Made by a program: the position numbers and the translations under genes. This document shows, piece by piece, positions 5,966-8,372 of a stretch of 8,372 nucleotides of DNA (position 1 is its first letter; every line of letters begins with the position of its first letter). This DNA comes from an archaeon (lineage in GTDB: Archaea > Iainarchaeota > Iainarchaeia > Iainarchaeales > CSSED10-239), in assembly GCA_037147375.1 (NCBI GenBank), contig JBAWVI010000040.1:1-8372 (forward strand). Reading direction: 5' to 3'. The notes beneath the pieces were generated by a model. The model was not told the DNA's origin and did no database searches. It saw only the letters and a list, made by a program, of their open reading frames with translations.

Positions 5966-6844
5966 ATGCAACTAACAAAGAATGAATTAAGTTGTTTTTT
6001 AGAGATTTTTTCAAATAAACTTACTCCAAAGGAACTATCAAGCAAATTTAAGAAAAGTAAATATCAAATATATAGATATATCTCTAATCTACAAAAATTT
6101 GGTTTGATTACTAAACTCGAACATAGATACCTAGAACCAAGTAAATCAATTCATGCAATTAAACTTGGATTACTATTACAAAAACATCCAGAGATAATAC
6201 ACATATTATCTGATTCTGGATTAGATGTTCTATCTAAACTTCTAATACCTCTAACCATTAATCAATTATCTCTAGAAACTAAATTAAAATCAATAACAAT
6301 ATATAAAATTATAAATAATGCAAAACAAATGTCTATTGTAAGAAAAGAAGAAAAGAAATATTTAATTAATAAACTAATTTGGAAAGACTTATATGAATTT
6401 TTAAATGAATACAATACATTTAATCAAACGATAGATTCTCGTGTACCTGTTAGTTCAAAAATATATTATTCTGATAAAAATGAAGTTATTTTTTCCACAT
6501 TAAAAGAATTACCAAATTATAAAAAAACATCCTTTTCTGTTTTTGTAAACTATGGTTTAGATTTAGGATCAAATACTTATTATTACACAACCAAACAAAA
6601 AAATACACAAAACATAGATGAAGTTGTTTTAGATACTTTAAAAGTATTAGAAAAGGATATGGATTATCATGATTTAATATACTTATCTTTACTTTATTTA
6701 AAGTATAAACCAAAACTAAAATCAATCACACACCCAATACTTGAAAACATTAAACTAATATTAACTGGTCTAAAAATAGATAACTATCCAAGTCTAATTG
6801 AAATAAAAGAAAAAGCAGAACAATATAATATAAAAATAGATTAA
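5966..6844 (+). CDS. Winged-helix (wHTH) DNA-binding protein, candidate AbiEi-like antitoxin/regulator
   Basis: 292-aa ORF. There are two HTH-like segments (LTPKELSSKFKKSKYQIYRYISNLQKFGLITK and LTINQLSLETKLKSITIYKIINNAKQMSIVRK) followed by a ~150-aa C-terminal domain. Its stop lies 2 nt before the start of the NTase gene. The functional call rests on architecture and context, not on demonstrated homology. Confidence 0.6.
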   Translation: MQLTKNELSCFLEIFSNKLTPKELSSKFKKSKYQIYRYISNLQKFGLITKLEHRYLEPSKSIHAIKLGLLLQKHPEIIHILSDSGLDVLSKLLIPLTINQLSLETKLKSITIYKIINNAKQMSIVRKEEKKYLINKLIWKDLYEFLNEYNTFNQTIDSRVPVSSKIYYSDKNEVIFSTLKELPNYKKTSFSVFVNYGLDLGSNTYYYTTKQKNTQNIDEVVLDTLKVLEKDMDYHDLIYLSLLYLKYKPKLKSITHPILENIKLILTGLKIDNYPSLIEIKEKAEQYNIKID

Positions 6845-6846
6845 TA

Positions 6847-7506
6847 ATGATAGATGATATAATTCAAATAGATAATCTATTTCAGGAAATTGATTTGCAC
6901 ATAGATGCTAAAGTTAATATCTATCTTATTGGTGGTGTAGTTTTATTAACTAGAAATTTAAGAAAAGTTACTAAAGATATTGATGCAATCGTTGCATCAA
7001 AAAAAGATTATCAAATATTAAAAACAGTATTTACTAAATTATTGTTTACTGAAAGTAAACCAACAAAAGAGTACAGTCGTCTTAACTTAAGTCAAATATT
7101 TATTAGAAAGGATTATAGAGTTGATTTATTTGAAAAGGTAGTTTGCAAACAACTCGCATTAAGTAAGAATATGATTTCTCGTGCTAAATTATACAAAAAA
7201 TATAATCAAATATCTGTGTATTTTTGTTCAGACGAAGATATTTTTATATTTAAATCAATTACTGATAGGAACGGAGATGTAATTGATTGTATTGGGCTTG
7301 CAGAAAAAAGAATAGATTGGAAAATAATACTTAATGAAATAAAATATCAAATTCAATTAAGTGGAAATGAAATATGGATAACCTTCTTTGAAGAGAGATT
7401 AAATTTAATGGAAGATAAAGGTCTTGTTATTCCAATTATAAAAGAAGTTAGAAAGTTATCTGAAAAATATTATCTTGAACTTGAAAAGCAATTAAATAAT
7501 AAATAA
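6847..7506 (+). CDS. Pol-beta-fold nucleotidyltransferase, candidate AbiEii-like toxin
   Basis: 219-aa ORF. The NTase signature is LIGGVVLLTRNLRKVTKDIDAIV (G29-G30 ... D44-x-D46, nt 6931-6984). A candidate third acidic residue lies in YRVDLFE. A downstream FKSITDRNGDVIDCIGL motif resembles the K..(A)..R..D..D motif of the AbiEii/DUF1814-type NTases. The gene is translationally coupled to the upstream wHTH gene (TAATAATG). Confidence 0.7.
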   Translation: MIDDIIQIDNLFQEIDLHIDAKVNIYLIGGVVLLTRNLRKVTKDIDAIVASKKDYQILKTVFTKLLFTESKPTKEYSRLNLSQIFIRKDYRVDLFEKVVCKQLALSKNMISRAKLYKKYNQISVYFCSDEDIFIFKSITDRNGDVIDCIGLAEKRIDWKIILNEIKYQIQLSGNEIWITFFEERLNLMEDKGLVIPIIKEVRKLSEKYYLELEKQLNNK

Positions 7507-7519
7507 GGATACTATGCAT

Positions 7520-7537
7520 TTTCCAGACGTCTGGAAA
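7520..7537. terminator. 18-bp perfect palindrome TTTCCAGAC|GTCTGGAAA between convergent genes
   Basis: All 9 symmetric pairs match. It lies between the NTase stop (7506) and the stop of the - strand ATPase (7565), so it is a likely bidirectional terminator hairpin. Confidence 0.55.
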
Positions 7538-7564
7538 TTTGTAGTCATTTATTAGATAATTATT

Positions 7565-8372
7565 TTATTCTAAATCAGCAGCAATATCGCTTGCATCTTT
7601 CTTTTCTTCGTTTATTCTCTTAACTATCTTTGGAGTAAAGGAATCATGATACCATTTCTTCCAGATTGTTGTTATATCATTGTAATCTATTTTTCCTTTT
7701 TCTTCAAGATAATCTTCTTTTAAAAGAAGTAACTTGTTGTGAGCAAATGCAGTGTTTTCTGCTTCAAGTAATTCTATACAATCCATTTCGTGTGCAACTT
7801 CTACTTGATATTCCTTTTCAGTTGCAAGCATCTTAATATTATCCCAAACCTCTTCTATTCCCATTCCTGAAAGACGACAGATTTTTGAAAAGAGCTCAGA
7901 ATCCTTAAGTGCATCCTCGTTTAAGATTAATGCATCTTTTCCAGCATCATACTCTAAGAGATTTAGAAGACCACCCTCAGCATCAGGATCTTTATTCCAA
8001 TGCTTTCTAACTTCTGTTATTTGAACAACTCTACGGTGGCTCTTAAGTGAACCTTTAAACCTAATTGGCTTTGCAACAACAACCAAGTCTGTTGCCTTAA
8101 ATGAAGTAGTAGGCACCCCTAAATCATTAACAACTCTATCCCATACAGCATAAGCAGAGTCAGCATGTATTGTTCCCATAACAACGTTACCTGCTGCACC
8201 AATTCTCATAGCTTCATATAGTACTTTAGCTTCCACAGATCTAACTTCACCAACAATAAGCGCTGAATCTCCAAGTCTTAATGCAGTTCTAAGTGCGTCC
8301 TCTGGCTTAACTTCTGCGCTCTCTTCGCTTGCACCAATAGCAGACCTTGTCTTTAATCTTTGAATTAGTTTC
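7565..8372 (-). CDS. Type II/IV secretion-system family ATPase (GspE/VirB11/FlaI-like; archaeal pilus or archaellum type), C-terminal part; N-terminus outside the window
   Basis: The ORF track starts at an internal GTG (8236), but the frame stays open to the window edge. I translated upstream ...KLIQRLKTRSAIGASEESAEVKPEDALRTALRLGDSALIVGEVRSVEAKVLYEAMRIGAAGNVVMGTIHADSA.... The LIVGEVR (Walker B/Asp-box region) and GTIHA (His box) are characteristic of this family. GC is higher (22/60 in line 8041-8100). Confidence 0.75.
   Translation of the reverse strand, partial: KLIQRLKTRSAIGASEESAEVKPEDALRTALRLGDSALIVGEVRSVEAKVLYEAMRIGAAGNVVMGTIHADSAYAVWDRVVNDLGVPTTSFKATDLVVVAKPIRFKGSLKSHRRVVQITEVRKHWNKDPDAEGGLLNLLEYDAGKDALILNEDALKDSELFSKICRLSGMGIEEVWDNIKMLATEKEYQVEVAHEMDCIELLEAENTAFAHNKLLLLKEDYLEEKGKIDYNDITTIWKKWYHDSFTPKIVKRINEEKKDASDIAADLE

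Noticed and set aside
5926-5985. 19-codon upstream ORF (MQLIYKPLAPQYNYATNKE*) overlapping the wHTH gene start, beginning with the same ATGCAACT octamer
   Set aside because: It would begin upstream of the predicted TATA box and TSS of the operon and has no translation signals of its own. The repeated octamer is more likely a regulatory half-site or chance.
6486-6725. 79-aa ORF on the - strand
   Set aside because: It lies entirely inside the wHTH-protein CDS on the opposite strand. It is a hydrophobic, low-complexity antisense artefact of AT-rich coding DNA.
1-8372. CRISPR arrays, tRNA/rRNA genes, IS elements, integrase genes
   Set aside because: I scanned for regularly spaced repeats and found none. 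The only direct repeats are families A and B (two copies each, >1 kb apart) and the 13-mer doublet. No cloverleaf-capable GC-rich segments and no transposase- or integrase-like ORFs appear in any frame of the ORF track.

Overview
AT-rich window that looks archaeal: BRE/TATA-like boxes sit about 25-35 nt upstream of start codons, Shine-Dalgarno sequences are weak or absent, and 3' ends carry oligo-T runs. The edges hold two ordinary cell-envelope genes. On the left is the C-terminal ~420 aa of a sequon-rich, Cys-free S-layer-type surface glycoprotein (+ strand, 5'-partial). On the right is the C-terminal half of a GspE/VirB11/FlaI-family secretion/pilus ATPase (- strand, running off the window). 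Between them (about 1317-7540) is a markedly lower-GC accessory island of six co-directional (+) genes. These are two divergent tandem AAA_14/DUF4143-type ATPases with a C-terminal D..ExK nuclease-like motif, a RhuM-family protein, a 3'-scrambled ORF6N (KilA-N-like) gene, and a tightly coupled wHTH protein + pol-beta-fold nucleotidyltransferase pair with AbiEi/AbiEii-like (type IV TA / abortive infection) architecture. No integrase, transposase, tRNA, rRNA or CRISPR array is visible. The non-coding DNA is unusually structured. Repeat family A (~43 nt, GNRA-loop hairpin core) brackets the first ATPase cassette. Repeat family B (GC-rich 33-mer fused to a BRE/TATA) precedes both RhuM and ORF6N. 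Each ATPase has its own long palindrome upstream. A TGTGA/TCACA palindrome array lies at the ORF6N 3' end, upstream of the wHTH-NTase operon. An 18-bp perfect palindrome closes the island. The best reading is a cassette-structured archaeal defence-type islet made mostly of uncharacterised modules. All family assignments come from motif recognition by eye, not from searches.
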